Positions 36,240-52,604 of a stretch of 64,000 bases of DNA are shown here, piece after piece (the first letter of the stretch is position 1; each line of letters begins with the position of its first letter). The stretch lies in the NCBI RefSeq assembly GCF_009914755.1, contig NC_060932.1; one strand, 5' to 3'. The position numbers and the translations under genes are program-made. The notes beneath the pieces are model-generated. The model was not told where the DNA came from. It saw nothing but the letters and a program-made list of their open reading frames with translations, and did not search any database. The DNA comes from the human T2T-CHM13v2.0 reference genome, Homo sapiens.

Positions 36240-37592
36240 GAATGTAAACTCAGTGAAGATACCAATTTTTTCTTGTGATCACTGCCATAACTCCAAAACA
36301 TAGATTGTCTAGTACATCATAGATGACCAATGTATACTTACAGAATAAATGCATGTGTCTGTTAGCCAATCAAATCTACATCTCTAGTGACATATCTGAT
36401 GCTCTTTACACTATATAATTAAGCCTCGTCCTCTTTGTCTTATCCATTCCAGCTTCTTGAAAATTTATTTCTAATTAATCTCTTTTGTAAAACTGTTCTC
36501 CCGCTACTATTACAATAATAATCCCAATTAATCATTAACTCATATCTAGTATGATAATCACTAACATAGTCATTATCTAAATATTAAAAATGTGTGCTTT
36601 TCTCACTAGCATTTTTATTGTTAATTATATGTCATCCCAAAAGTATATGATTTTTCTGGAGCAGGGAAGAAGGCACTAGCGAGACATCAAAGACATCAAT
36701 CTATATACTAGCTGTCTTGGCAATGTACTTCCTGGCTCCCATTCTCTCAGGGCTGGAAAAATCTAATCCTTATCTTCAGGCCCATCTCTGCCTGGGTCTG
36801 AGGGTCAATACTAACCTAAACATGTAGGGATCTAAAGAACTTCATTCTGACTGGGACATACATTATAGTTTCAGAAATACATGCATAAATCGATGAACAG
36901 CCTACAAGAAGAGGATCTTAAGAAAAGGATGGAAAACCTTTATATTTGCCCAATATTTAGGAAAGAAAGTCTAGTTTCAGAATGCAGGGATGACTCAAAT
37001 AACTCCTCTAATTCTGAGGTGTTAAGAGGTGCAGTTTTATTCATTTATTCAAAAAGACAAAAATTGTTTTGGGGCATGTACTAGATACCCAGCACTGTAA
37101 CAAGCAATGGAAATATTGCAGAAAAGAAGACAACCATGCTCCCTACCCTTAGGAAACTTGCAGTTTAGCAGAGGGGAAAACATATTCATGTAAGAAATGA
37201 AGCCTAAAAGTAATTGATGTAAGTTGTTAAGAAGGAGAAAAAAAAAGATTAAGCATGTATATCAGAGTAACTAATATTTATGTGGAATCAAGAAGGGCTT
37301 TTCTTCCAAAAGTTTATTATTTTTAAAATTGAAATAAAGAATGCCTGGAACCTCCATGGCTGAAGAATAGAGAAAAAGTAAAATATTTTACTACCAATGA
37401 AGAACCTGTGATGATTAAAATAATAGGATTCACCATTGTTGGATTGTGACTGGGTGAAACAGAAGGTTGTTTCCAGACTGCTGAATCAGAAAACTACTGT
37501 GCAGGTGTGAACACTCAGGCCCAAGGAGACATGGTCCATTTTCTCTCTTCATGGAACCTGCTCACCCTAAGCATGAAAGAGCCATCACTGTT

Positions 37593-39613
<2,021 letters not shown>

Positions 39614-39984
39614 AGCCATCACTGTTGGTTCAGAGCCTGTGAGGTCCAGTATCTCACTAAAAGAGGCCCTATTCCCCCTTGACAGTGTGCCAAGGTTCTA
39701 CACAATAAGCTTCTGCCTGAGAACCACATTCAGGTCAGGTCTCTGCCGTATGTGTGTGCTCCGTGAGAGGTCAGGGTTACTGCAGGCCAGACGTGTGCCA
39801 CCCAAGGGACCTAGGCTAGGCCTGTCTTTATTTGAGGGTGGCTTTGGAGCTAAGCTTCAACAAGTTTAATGTTGAATTTTCAAATGTCTTATGGGCAATA
39901 AGTGCTCCTGGCATGTAAGTATATTTGCCTGTAAAAAAGAGAACACTAGGAGAAATATTTTGAACTATGTTCAGATATTCAAGG

Positions 39985-40230
39985 CAGTTCATATTTAGTT
40001 TAAGAGGTGGTCTTTAGAATCAGGTGGCTGTCAGTTTGAATCATGGCCTTGTCAGTTAATGGCTGCATGATATTCAGAACGTTACTTCATATTTTTGAAC
40101 TTCAGTTTTCTAATATGAAAACGAGGTTAATAGCAGCACTTACCTCATAAACTATTGTGAGGACAAAAGAAGATATAACATACAAAGTGTTTAGGACAAT
40201 TATTTACACACTGTACATATTTAATACGTA
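39985..40230 (+). mobile_element. MIR
   Basis: 'gtttgaatc', 'ttcagttttc', 'acttacctcataaactattgtgagga'. Confidence 0.65.
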
Positions 40231-40399
40231 TACTCTGGTTCTTATTCCTGGTAGGGTTTTTGAGATTGTGCACAACTTCTGATCAAGGCAAGTCAGAAAA
40301 CAAACCTTATAACTAATGGGTATTTGCATTTTATCCCTGTTTCTCCTTGAGTGGACTCAGTCATTCTCTCACAAAACCTCATACATCAAACATATCTAT

Positions 40400-40957
40400 G
40401 TGCCTTCTCAGAGTCTCTCATTCTCAACTGTCTCCCACACATATACTCACAAACTTAGCCTCAGCTATCACCATGACTCACAGACCACATGTGAACCCAG
40501 GCCATCTATGACCTGATATTGAACAGTTTAGGGTCTCTGGCTCTTCTTCCCTCTTCCCACCTGTGTGTCCCAGGACCTGGGTTCCATAGCAGCTGTCAAA
40601 GGGGTCAGTTCAGTGTTGGAAATTTTAACCAGTGGGACGGGAAAAAGTAGAGAGCCTGTGGCCAATTTTCTGTTTCTCTCTACAACATGTCAATGCGCTG
40701 TTCTGTACAGCCAGATATGTCAAGAATGCCCTCATGACAAACAGGACATACCTTCATAGAAACCAAATAGGGCTCTTCTTGGCTCAACATGAAGCAGAGG
40801 CCAGAGTGGTTAATGCATTGTTTTGCATTGTTTCCCATGTTTGCTTACTTTCTTCACTTTTCCCTCCCTCTTGCCTCCTAAGATTATATTTCCCAAATAA
40901 AACATTGACAGTTAATTTATATCTCAGGTTCTGCTTCTAGAAAACCCTACCTAAGAT
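40400..40957 (+). mobile_element. ERVL-class LTR, LTR33-like (left boundary approximate)
   Basis: 3' end 'cccaaataaaac...tctcaggttctgcttctagaaaaccctacctaaga', followed by the internal start 'ttggtaacagaagtggtc'. Confidence 0.65.
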
Positions 40958-42850
40958 TATTGGTAACAGAAGTGGTCTTACAAACACTCTCAGAAAGAAT
41001 TTAGGAATTGGATTTCCCACTGGTGTGAAGGCAATAAAACTCTATTGCTTGTAGTAAGTGGCATCATGAGTACATAGGTTTCTATCTGTCATTAATGGGA
41101 TCAGAAGAAAACTTTGGGAGATTGAGTAGCTCTGATGCTTAATCAATTTGGTACCTATGAAAATTATAAGAATTGTGGAGCAGAGTCATTTTCTGGGGGG
41201 AGGGGGCATGGGAGATTTTCTACACACACCAAAAAAAATTCCAGTGCTGGTTAATTGTCAACTGTAAGCATGATCTAAAAGCCAGAAACATCTATGATAA
41301 ATTAAAAGACACTTTTAGCCCTGGCAGCCAAAGGACAGACTATGCAGTAGAATAGATTGTAGCAGGGGTGGAAGAATTGCAAAGATTAAAGGAACTGTCT
41401 CAACAAGTCTCATATATCAAAATCAGAGGCCTGATAAGAAGAAAGCTGAATCTTGGAAAAGGATTATTTGGGATACGATATAAGATAGGTGTTGGATAGG
41501 AATATCTAGGCTAATGAGCCAGATATTAGCCACCTCCTAATCTTCTAAACTCTAATCCTCTAAACTCTCCACATAGCAGAAGAAGCGTTTTACTCTTTTC
41601 CAGATGAGATCTCCTTTTGCCTGGGGATCATGCAATGGATTCACCTGAACTGGTGCCTTGCACTATGATACTTGATCTCCTACCACTTTCCCTGTCCCCA
41701 GCTTTATAACTAGAGTCAAGTTTAGCAGAGTCCCAGAAGAGAAGGGCTATACACTAACAGACTTGTAAAATCTAGCTCATATGATCTGGAAGGAACTGAA
41801 TAAATGCATGTAAGAGTAAGTATGGTGGCTGTTAACCAGGTGAGAAAAATAGAACAATGAACAGGATAGAATTTATTGGCATGAAGGCACTTACCTAATA
41901 CTTGATATTAATGATCTGAGATGAGTTTGGTGAGATAGATGGCTCCTCCAGGCCTGGACTGGAAGATGGCTTACAGTAAAGCAAAGTGGAAGTGCCAGGA
42001 CATTTCAGCATGCTTACAAAAAAGGAGTCTCTGTTGAATTTGATTTTTACATCACCTTAGACCAACACACCTTCTACTCCCCTGGCCTACAGAGGTCTTA
42101 GCAATGGGTTGCTATGTCCTTATGGCTTCAATCCAGGTTTCTACTACTGCCACAGCCAGCCCCACATGTAGCCACAGACACAGCATCACATTATTATGCC
42201 ACATTTGCATCATGGCTAGGCTGTATCCCTGGGGGAATCCAGGCCAATTTGCTAAAATAGTGTATCTTCCATTTGCCTCCAAACATGCAATGGCCTCACC
42301 TCAACAGATGCCTCACAAAATGGCTTTTTTTGTATATTTACTTCATTACCCCTCAAAGCATTCAGGCTAATAACGAAGGTTAGACCTGAGACCAATTTAA
42401 GTGACAATATATAATCCCTGATCCAGAAGAAAAAAACATATACATCTAAACAATTGCAAAACATGACTATGTACTACAGGAACTAGGGGAACATGACTAC
42501 AGAATTCAGTAACCTAGAGAACTCAAATGCAACTCCATAATTAGATTCCAGGAAGGATTGGATATTGGTTTGCTAGGTTGACTTCTTGAACCTTAGACAC
42601 AGTGATGACCCCCAGTAAATGAGATCAAGATGTCAGAACTGCCTCGGCATAGTATTGAGGGAAAAAAAAAGAATGGGCAAGAAAGTAGGGATCTTCCTAT
42701 CCATGACCCCATAACTGCATTCCCCAGGAAAGCCCAGGGATTCTCCTTTTACCAAAGCAAAAATGAACATAATAATGAGGAAATAACTAGCATTGTTAGA
42801 CGTTCAGCACAGGCTGACCTCTGTAGACTGGTATTTGGAGCCCACTTCAA
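40958..42850 (+). mobile_element. Decayed ERVL-class (HERV16/ERV3-16A3-like) internal sequence
   Basis: Follows the LTR. Gag-like motifs 'ggatagagaatttattggcatg' and 'gtaaatgagatcaagatgtcagaactgcc'. No intact ORF. Confidence 0.5.
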
Positions 42851-43350
42851 GTATGGGATTGCCTCCAAGAGAAAAATCTGCCTTTCTCCTTCTTGAGTCC
42901 CCTTGCATTGGAGCTAATAACCAGGTGCTCAACAAATTCCCCCTTGTTTCATGTATTTAAACCAGATAAAAGAAATTATCCTAGCTTGGAACTGAACTTA
43001 CATTAATTCCAGGCTCTGAATTTTTTTTCTTTCTTCTAGGTTTATAAACACACACACACACGTTTTTAATATGTTTCTCCCCAGTACATTTTTATTTCTA
43101 GAATAATTTGGTTAAAATAATGCCTCCATAATGAACTCATGCTTGCCTACCTCTTTTTGAGATACTCTGTTTTCTCCTCTTTGACTCTGTATAGGATAGA
43201 AAATAAAACTTTTGACTTATTTGTTCCATAAAGGCAAATGGGAAGAGGCCACTGAATTTGCTCTTTAGATTCTCTTCATTGCAGTGTATGCAACTTCCCA
43301 AATTAGGGCCAAGTCATTTTAAGCAGACCACTACAAAGTGGGACATTTCT

Positions 43351-43580
43351 TTTTTCTTTTTCTTTTTTTATTAGACTTTAAGTTCCGGGGTACATGTGCA
43401 GAATGTGCAGGTTTGTTACATAGGTATCCACGTGCCATGGTGATTTGCTGCACCCATCAACCCATCACCTACATTAGGTATTTCTCCTAATGCTATCCTT
43501 CCCCTAGCTCCCCACCCTCCAACAGGCCCCGGTGTGTGATGTTCCCCTCCCTGTGTCCTTGTGTTCTCATTGTTCAACTC
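43351..43580 (-). mobile_element. Short L1PA7-like 3' end with 17-bp TSD
   Basis: TSD caaagtgg(g/a)acatttct at 43334-43350 and 43581-43597. Confidence 0.92.
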
Positions 43581-45389
43581 CAAAGTGGAACATTTCTATA
43601 AAATTGCACTATTTTGAAAATATACAGGTGCTTTTATTTCCTCAATAAAACCTCTTCCCACTTGTTTTCTATTTATAAAGACCCCCTCCAGCCTCTCACC
43701 AAATGGTTGAGTTTCAACTCTTCTTGACACCCGAAAACCCAGCTGTCTTTTGAAACAGAGAAAAACAGCCTCCTGTAGAATCTGAAATGGCTGCTCACAG
43801 GACAGAAAAGAATTTAGGCTGTTTTTTGTCTCCCAGTAACTCAATTGATCAGCAACTTCTCAGGACAGAGTGTGAGTCTCTTCTCTATGTATACCCCATG
43901 GCCAGCACTTTTGCAGCTACATAGGAAGCACCTTATGAATCTTGAGTTGATTTTCTTTTGTAATTGAGACTTGTTCTAAGCAGGTAAAGTGAGGTGTGTC
44001 ATAAATAAGCATAGCCAGCTTTGCTGATTTCTTCCTGTGTGTTAACCACTGTTCTATGGGCTTTCCGTGTATTCTTCCCTTTGACCCTCATAATAACTTA
44101 CTGTTATCTCTTGCTGCTAGATGATAAAAGAGAGACACATTGTGGTCAAATAACTTGTGCAAGTTTATTCAGCTTCTCAGGGTTAGCTCCAGGGCAGCAT
44201 AGGACATAGAGTGATTCACTGCATAAAATCATGGGAACGATCTGCTAAGAGCCCAGCAAATGCATGGGAGCAGTTTCTAGAATGGGTCTCTGGGCTGCAG
44301 GAATATTTCCTTACAATCCCTGCATCTCCATTTTCACGCAGATTGCTGATATCTATGCTCCATCCCCCTCAACCTTTTCTTTACCTCCCCAGCCTCCCTT
44401 ATTACATTTCTATCCAGGCTTGGCACATATCTTGTTGAGTAGATTTTAGAATTCTACTGTCACCAGCTCTATTCCGACCTTATTGATAAGAAGCTTTTTT
44501 GACCTACCTCAACACACAGACACCAGTTATTGATTAGAGACTGTTTGGCACTGTACTACGTATTTGGTAACGTTTTTCTTTATTATGGCAAAACCTGTTA
44601 GCACCCAATCTGCCTTCAAAATCCATTTGAAACCATACAAATAAACAACAACTGCTTATGCCTTCAGTTGGCATGAAACAAACATAATGCCCTATGAGGT
44701 TTCCTAAAGATGTCATAGGGTTTCTTGTTTGCTTTGTTATTCCTCAAAAATTTCTCACACTTTTACCACCTCAAGACTTAGCCCTCTTGAATCTTAGATG
44801 CAGCCACTGATATTTGTGTGGGCTCTTATTTTTTAGTAAGTTTACTTTTCATTTGATAACTTAGATAGATTTAGTATATTGAATCATTTCTAACCACATA
44901 CCACAGTACTATGTTCATAGAAATCCTTAAGGAATTTGCTGGAAAATGTTATCACTTTCTGTAGTTTCTTTGTTTCTGAAACTCTTCATTGTATTTGTGA
45001 ATTCCTAGAAATTTCCTAACCATGTTGAATGCTCTAGCCTTCTAAATCTCAGCCTATTGAACATGTGGACTACATTATTAATTCAGCTGATTATTCTTGA
45101 GCATTATATCATGTGCTCAGAACTATGCTCTGTGGTCAGAAATAGTTTCCCAAACAGACCTAATCCTTGTCCTCAGAGAGCTCGCAGTCAACTAAGGAAT
45201 CCCTGATTACCAGGGTCCATCATAGTCAAAGAAGCTGTGTAACAGCCAATGACAATTAATGCTACCACTAAAGATAACAACATCATATATTTGTGTAGCC
45301 CTCCGAAATTTATAAGTGCTTCTGTGGGCATTAATGCATGTGTCCTGATGGAGCAAAGACATTCTCTTTCTTACCTTAGAGATGAGAAG

Positions 45390-46687
45390 CATGATGTTAA
45401 AATCAAGTAATGTCTAGGCTAAGGCTGCCTCAGAGAGAAAGGCTTTTACAAAGACCTTTTATCCCTCAATATTACAACACCCCAAGCCGCCCTCGGTGCT
45501 TCCATCTCTTGTCACCTGGCACCACTCTGTCTCCAGTTATTGGTCCACCCATATCCACACTGGGGCAGGGGTTAGAAAGGAAATTGATAAGGAGGAAACT
45601 TTATTAGGAGATTGACCTTGTTACATTGCCTTTGTTAATAACCTCTGATGCTGGCAGAGGGTGAAGGACTTCAATTTGCTTTAGGATCACAGAATTGGTC
45701 AGCGGAACAATCATAACTAAATTAAAGACAGAAAATTGTACAATCAGATGCAAAGAGTTAAACTCCTCTTTTGTGCATAAATAAAAGAGTGCATTGAATT
45801 CTTACAGGTAGTTTGCAGCATTTGGTGTGTCATAGAGAACACGAGACGTATACTCCTACTAACTCACTAGATCTGTGATCTTGAAAAAGTAACATTACCC
45901 CTTTGACCCTGTTTCTAGGATTGTACCATGTGAACTAGGGCTAAGCCTATCAGTACATTTCTTCTCTCTGACCGCATAGATTGACCAGAGAATAATAAGT
46001 GACCTAAGCCATTACAACCATGGTAAATTATACTATAATACTACAAGTATTGGGACAATGATATTCTATTTCCTGCTGGACATGAAAGTGAAGGTATATA
46101 TAGCTTTAAGAAATTATTGACAGCAATTTTTCAACTTTAAGGAAAATTAAACTTCCATTGAAATTGACCCAGAAGAAGGCAGGCCAAGGAAACTAGGAGA
46201 ATATAGGTCCTGGTGACATTTACTTGTGCCTCTGGTTCAAGCTGTGCATGAATCTAGATTACCAAGGTATTTTTCAGTTATTCAAGCAATTGCATTTCCT
46301 TTGGTTTTTATACCAATTGTAGTCAGGTTTTATATCATTGCAACCAAAGCTTCCATACAATTATTAATAGTAAAACCAATATTTAATGGTGAATTCCTGG
46401 CATTAAAAGAAGATAAAGAGAGAAATATCTTGAAATAAAAGGAAAAAGCAATGTAACAAGCTCAATCTCCTAATAAAGTTTCTTCCTTATCATTTTCCTT
46501 TCTAACCCCTGCCCCAGTGTGGATATGGGTGGACCAATAAGAGGAGACAGAGTGGTGCCAGGTGACAAGAGATGGAAGCACTGGGGGAGGCTTGGGGTGT
46601 TGTAATACTGAGGGATAAAAGGTCTTTGTAAAAGCCTTTCTCTCTGAGGCAGCCTTAGCCTAGACATTACCTGATTTTAATGTCATG
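45390..46687. repeat. 244-bp inverted repeat pair (45390-45633 / 46444-46687), ~810-bp spacer
   Basis: Hand alignment gives 13 mismatches, no gaps and a longest exact run of 62 bp. Mirror 65-aa ORFs at 45410..45607(+) and 46470..46667(-). Confidence 0.97.
45935..46352 (+). mobile_element. Old MLT1 (J/K/L-like) LTR within the inverted-repeat spacer
   Basis: 'ggtcctggtgacatt...tggttcaagctgtgc', 'tttcctttggttttta..caattgtagtcaggtttt...ttgcaaccaaag'. A MIR fragment lies at ~45820-45930. Confidence 0.6.
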
Positions 46688-47437
46688 AAGTTGCCATGCA
46701 GGCTACAAAGTCATCTAAGATTTAGCCAGCCAATCCAGCTCTGCCTCTTGTATCTTTTATACTGAATGCAACAAACAGTTTCATAAGAGCTAAAAAAAAA
46801 AAAAAAAAAAAATCCCCCTGGAGTGCCACTTGGAGTAGTTCCTTAAAAAGAAAGGTACAATTTAGTAATTAAACATTATTAAAAATCTGTTCATTCTATG
46901 TCAGCAAGGTTAAAAGCAAAGCTAATTATATGCCCCAAGGATTTCAAAAGTACTCTTCACTGGCCTTGATTGGGCTTTTCTTGTAAATTAAACCCAAGTA
47001 AGTAATTCACTAAAGTAGACAGATGTGTTCTGGATTGTACATTATTTTCTCTGTGATTGCCTTCTCAGTCTTAGCTCCTCCTCATCTTCCCCGGGAAAAG
47101 GAGAAGATGCCTTTAATGAGACCAATGCATCCTACTATCTACTATACTCTTAGCTATTATAGTACAGGCCTCTGTCCTCTTCTTCTGTATATCCCTGGGC
47201 CTAGCAAAGAGCCTGGTTTATAGTAGCTGCTCAAGTAATGTTTTATGAAAATAAATAAAACATGGTTCTGCTAGACTTCAAGTTCACTCTTCAAATCAAG
47301 ACTGCTAAGTAGAACTTGCACTAGACAAACAGCTAAAGTGGACTTCTGTGTACTTCCATTCTCCTTGCAGTGCCCATTTCTTTTTCTTTGTTAAATTAAT
47401 CAATTCATTCTTTCAATAATTTTTAATCCTACATTTA

Positions 47438-47828
47438 TTATTTATTTTTAACTTTTATTTTAAGTTAAAGTGTACATGTGCAGGTGTGTTACATAGGTAA
47501 ATTCGTGTCATGGGGGTTTGCTGTACAGATTATTTAATCACCCAGGTATTAAGCTTAGTACTCATTAGTTATTTTTCCTGATCCTCTCCCACCTTCCAGC
47601 CTCCACCCACCAATAGGGCCCATTGTGTGTTGTTCTCCTCTATCTGCCCATGTGTTCTTATCATTTATCTCCAGCTTATAAGTGAGAACATGCGGTATTT
47701 GGTTTTCTGTTCCTGTGTTAATTTTCTAAGGATAGTGGCCTGTAGCTCCATCCATGTCCCTGCAAAGGAAATGATCTTGTTTGTTTTTTAAGGTTGCATG
47801 GTATTCCATGTGTATAAGTACCACATTT
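47438..47828 (-). mobile_element. L1PA13-like 3' fragment
   Basis: 'tgtacagattattt.atcacccaggtattaagc..agtac.cattagttatttttcctgatcc'. Confidence 0.88.
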
Positions 47829-48261
47829 AGACTGGGTCAACAAATGTTTACATTCATAGCATCTCTTATGTGTCAGAGAATATGATAGGGTCTAAAGTTA
47901 AGGGTCTAGTAATTCCCAGGAGTCACTAGGCAATGAAGGAGACAGAGGTGTAAACAATTGTTAGAGAGCTTTGTTAATCTTTTAATATATGGCATTTATT
48001 CTCTGATGACTGGTCAGCATCCCTTTTCTCAAATGTTGTAAGTACCATGATGTCTGGCACCAATTCTGGCCTTGCCTGCATTTGGCATCCTTGGTGCCTA
48101 CCTCAGTGTCTGGCACAGCGTAAGTACTCGCATGCATGATGGAGAGAAACCAGTGTCAACTTTGGTCATTCTGTTCCTTCAGGTCTGGAAAATAGGAACT
48201 TAAACCCTCAATACAAGACATGAGGAAAGTCCACGGTTTATTCACACACACCCACACATAC

Positions 48262-48692
48262 ACACTTATAAGAAATTGGCTTGCATGATTATGGAGGCTG
48301 AGGAGTCTTGAGATCTGCAGCCAGCAAACTGGAGCCCCAGGAGAGCGAGTGATGGAGTTCCAGATTAAGTCTGACAGCCTGAAAACCAGGAGAGTCAATG
48401 GTATAAATTTCAGGTCAAGTTCATGAGGCCAGAGAAGATCCATGTCCCAGCTCAAAGACAGGCAGGAAGAGTAAATTCTCCCTTCCTCAGCCTTTTTTTT
48501 TTTTTTTCTGTTCTTCCCTCTAAGAGATCGGATGAAGCCTGCCCATACTGGAAGTGGGTGGGGGAAAATCAGCTTTACTCTGCCTTCTAATTTAAATTTT
48601 ACTATCATCCCAAGACACTCACAGAATAACATTTAACCAAATATCTGGGCACACTGTGGCCCAGTCAAGTTGATAGATAAAATAAACCATAA
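48262..48692 (-). mobile_element. MLT2 (ERVL) LTR
   Basis: 'aattggcttgcatgattatggaggctga...aaatatctgggcac...ggcccagtcaagttga.a.ataaaat.aaccat'. Confidence 0.82.
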
Positions 48693-49491
48693 GTTTACCT
48701 TTCTAATCACCTTTTCGGTACAACACATACAAGAAAAAAAGTTGGATAATCCCCGTTTCATAGTTTAGAAAACCCAAAACTTTATCTCGGTAGTACACTC
48801 TAATGAAATATGGCATAATTTAGTGGCTTTCAATGCTCAGTGGGGTTAACCTGGCCTTCCAGATGCTGAAGGAGATACAAAGCAGTAATTGATTCAAGGA
48901 ACATCATTTATTTCATTCTCATATAGATAATTAAGCCCCCTTTCTACCACTGAGGATTTATGAGCAAGAGTTAAGCCATCTCAAGAATTAAATTTTAAAT
49001 ATAGCAAGAACTCCAACTGTATAAGATATATTAAAAGGAACTGCTTTATCAGCAATCATATTTTATGGAAAACAAGGAAGCACCTTGATTATTTACAAAA
49101 ACATTAACTTAAGGAAACTGGAATTACTAATCCTAATTTGTCCTGTAATAATCTGCTAAAGTCTGAAGCAATAAATTCTATTCTGGATTTTAGATATGGA
49201 GAACATAGACAAACTTAAGCCACATAGAGAAAAGACAGCAGGACATTTAAATACTTTCATTTGAAGAACTGTTGAAACAATTAGGGATGCTTAACCCAGA
49301 CAGGGGAAGACCTTGAAGGGAATATATCACTTCACATTTGTGGGATCAGCTTCCTTATCATCTGCAACTTGACACCTGAAGAATAAATAATCCTCAAGGA
49401 CTCCTCCAGCTCCCACCAGCTGAAGCTCAGATTTTCTGGCATATGCCTGAAAGCTACAGTTTATGATTGCTCTAAGACTCAGAACTTCCAC

Positions 49492-49809
<318 letters not shown>

Positions 49810-50072
49810 AGAATTTCCACGTTAAAAAAGCTGCACCAAATTGCTTGACATCTGGGGAAACCAGATACCCACAGCTGATTTCCTTCCTTAATCGTTTACT
49901 ATATTATTGAACAAATAGCTGTGAAGAAAGGTGTTCTAATTTATTATTCAATCCACCTGACTCCTAGATTAATAGAAAGCTAGTATATTTACCTGAAATG
50001 TGATAACTGTTTATATTTGACAACATGAACTTAGTACTTGCAAAATGCTATCAGATTGAAGGGAAAGGAAGC

Positions 50073-51223
50073 TGTATTAGTCTGTTCTCATGCTGCTGAT
50101 AAAGACATATCTGAGACTGGGTTAATTTATAAAGAAAAAGAGGTTTAATGGACTCATGGTTCCACGTGGCTGGGGAGGCCTCACAAATCAAGGTGGAAGG
50201 CAAAAGGTATGTTTTACATGGCAGCAGGCAAGAAAGAAAATGAGAACCAAATGAAAGGAGTTTGCCCTTATAAAACCATTGAAACGGGAAAAGTTCTTTT
50301 ATCCCCTTTGCAGGGCGTGCAACAAGGATGCGGCTTGCTTTTTCTGTGCCCTGCAGCTCGGACCGCTAGGGAGAGCGTATGCAGATGGGCAGGTCGTGGG
50401 GCTCCAACCCCAAGGCAGCGTCTAGGGTTGAGTTTGCAGCTCCCGAAGTCCTAGTGGGTATGCGTTACAGTGTGCAATTTCAGTTTAGCTGTCCACAGGC
50501 AGCTTGTGTTAATCAGCTCAATTAGACCCTCTGCCTTATTGCAAGGATAGAGGACTTTCTGTATCCTGGGTTCTTGCCCTAATACTGGAAAAATCGGATC
50601 ACACGTGGGCTGGGAGGATGTGTACAAGGCTTTATTAAGTGGAGGTAGCTCTCAGCAGATGTACAGGGAGCCAGAAGGGGAATGGAGTGGGAAGGTGGTC
50701 TTCTCCTGGAGTTGGGCCCCTCAGCCGCAGGGCTCTCTTCTGACCGCCCTCGCCCTAATTCCATGTCATCCATATCGTTCCACCGTCACTGCTGACATCT
50801 GTCAGTGTGTTCTTCTATCAGTGTGTTTCTCTCAACGTACAGCCACTTGTGTGTGTGCCCACTAGGGTCTCAGGGTTTTTACAGGCACAGGATGGGGGGG
50901 ACGTGGTGGTCCAGAGTGGTCTTGGAAATTGCAACATTTGGGCGTGAAAACAGGAATGCCTGTCCTCACACAGGTCTGTGGGCATAGGCCCTAGGATGGA
51001 CCCCTCACCAGGGACCCTGCCCTTCTCTATCCAGCACTTCCGTAACCCCCTCCCATATCACCATCAGATCTTGTGAGACTTAATCACTACCACAAGAACA
51101 GAATAGGGGAAACCATCCCCATGATTCAATTATCTCCCACCAGGTCCCTCCCACAACACATGGGAATTATGGGAGCTACAATTCAGGATAAGATTTGTGT
51201 AGGGACACAGCCAAACCATGTCA
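50073..51223 (-). mobile_element. THE1B-like solo LTR split by MER50
   Basis: Pieces 50073-50279 and 51061-51223 rejoin as 'ccttataaaaccatcagatc'. TSD gaagc/gaggc. Confidence 0.9.
50280..51060 (-). mobile_element. MER50-like ERV1 solo LTR (781 bp)
   Basis: tgaaacgggaaaagttc...cccatatca termini, with 4-bp TSD ccat at 50276-50279 and 51061-51064. Orientation from recall. Confidence 0.82.
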
Positions 51224-52604
51224 GAGGCTAAAGCTCATTTTGGCAAACACAAGCTGCACAGCACAGGAAAGGGAAGGATGGTTCTAAGTCCCCTTAAGGG
51301 TATGGAATGAGGAATGGAGACTCTGGAGGTGAAGGAATGGCATGGACTACAGCCAATGGAATAATGCCATCTTTAGAATCTTGACTTTGGGATTGCAGGT
51401 CATCTAAGAAAGCAACAGTACTGAGTGTTAGTTGTGTACAGGGTTTGGGAGTCACCTAGCCTGGGTATAAATCCAACCTCTGTCACTTACTAGCTGGGTG
51501 ATCTTTGGACATAGATAATGTGATGAGTTCCTACCCTGTATCTGCAGCCCAGATCCCTCTATACCCCCAGACATGTATATCCTGCCTGTATATCTCACAG
51601 ATAGATCAAACTGAGCATGACCAAGATGGAATGGATCATTTTCATCTTTTCCCCAAATCTACAGTTCAGGCCACTGTAAAACAGATCTGTGTAAGACAGG
51701 CTTGATTTTCCTTTCCTCCAGTCACCCAATTTTAGCCCTCATTCTGGCTATTGTGTGTTGGGCTGTGATATCAACAGGAAGCCATTTTCCTAAATGAATC
51801 CCTAAATTTAAAAAACTCCACGTGTGTGAAGATGAGGATGAAGAAGAGAAGAGTAACAGATGGAGCAAAGAGAAATGAAGAAAGACAATGGAGAAAGCAA
51901 AAGCACAGTGAGGGAGAAGATATAAAGAGAATGTGTGCAACCTGGTAACTTCTTTGTGTGCATTTTAATTCCAGATCCTGAAAACAGACTCTGGGTGCCG
52001 CAAGACATATTTTGTAGCTATTTCTGGCCACACATTTACAAATTAGAAAATTATAAATGCCAACCTCAGCCCTAGAGGGCCAGCACAAATGAGGTAACCA
52101 TTCATATTCTCCCAATGCTGATTTCTCCATTAGCCTGTGTGAAAGAAGAGGCTTGGGGCTCATCAGGGAATGTGAGCTGCAGCAAGAAAGCCAAAAGAAG
52201 AGGGTAGGAAAAGACAAATTCCTCTTGAGATCAGGAAGGACTACAATTCTCTGCAAATAAGCAGAGCATCTAGAGGAAATATAAACTCTCACTGTTCCAA
52301 GAGCACAAGGTTGGAATAGCAATGATTAGCCTGGAAATAAATTATTTTAAAAGTTATAGAAGTAGATGTAGAGTTACTTTTTAAAAATAGAAAAATGCAA
52401 AAAGCAAAAATAATATTCAATCATGATGACAAAATTAGATTTTGAGGTATATGATCAAGCAATAAAATCTCTCCCAATCTATCCTTTCCAATATGGAAGT
52501 TTGAGATCGTACTACAAATATTACTAAGCTGTTTCCCTTTTCTCACAAAACTGTATATAGTAGATACTTTTCCATTTTGGTACTTTGTTATTAGCCCCAC
52601 TTAA

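Noticed and set aside
43015-43045. Strong-looking plus-strand splice acceptor (tttctttcttctag)
   Set aside because: It is followed by a (CA)n tract and AT-rich sequence with no credible exon or donor. Such motifs are common by chance.
45410-46667. Twin 65-aa ORFs as a duplicated micro-gene
   Set aside because: They are a direct consequence of the inverted repeat. There is no known domain, promoter or splice context, and many of the differences change amino acids.
51771-52322. 183-aa minus-strand ORF
   Set aside because: It is the low-complexity antisense of a purine-rich tract, with no recognisable domain or exon context.
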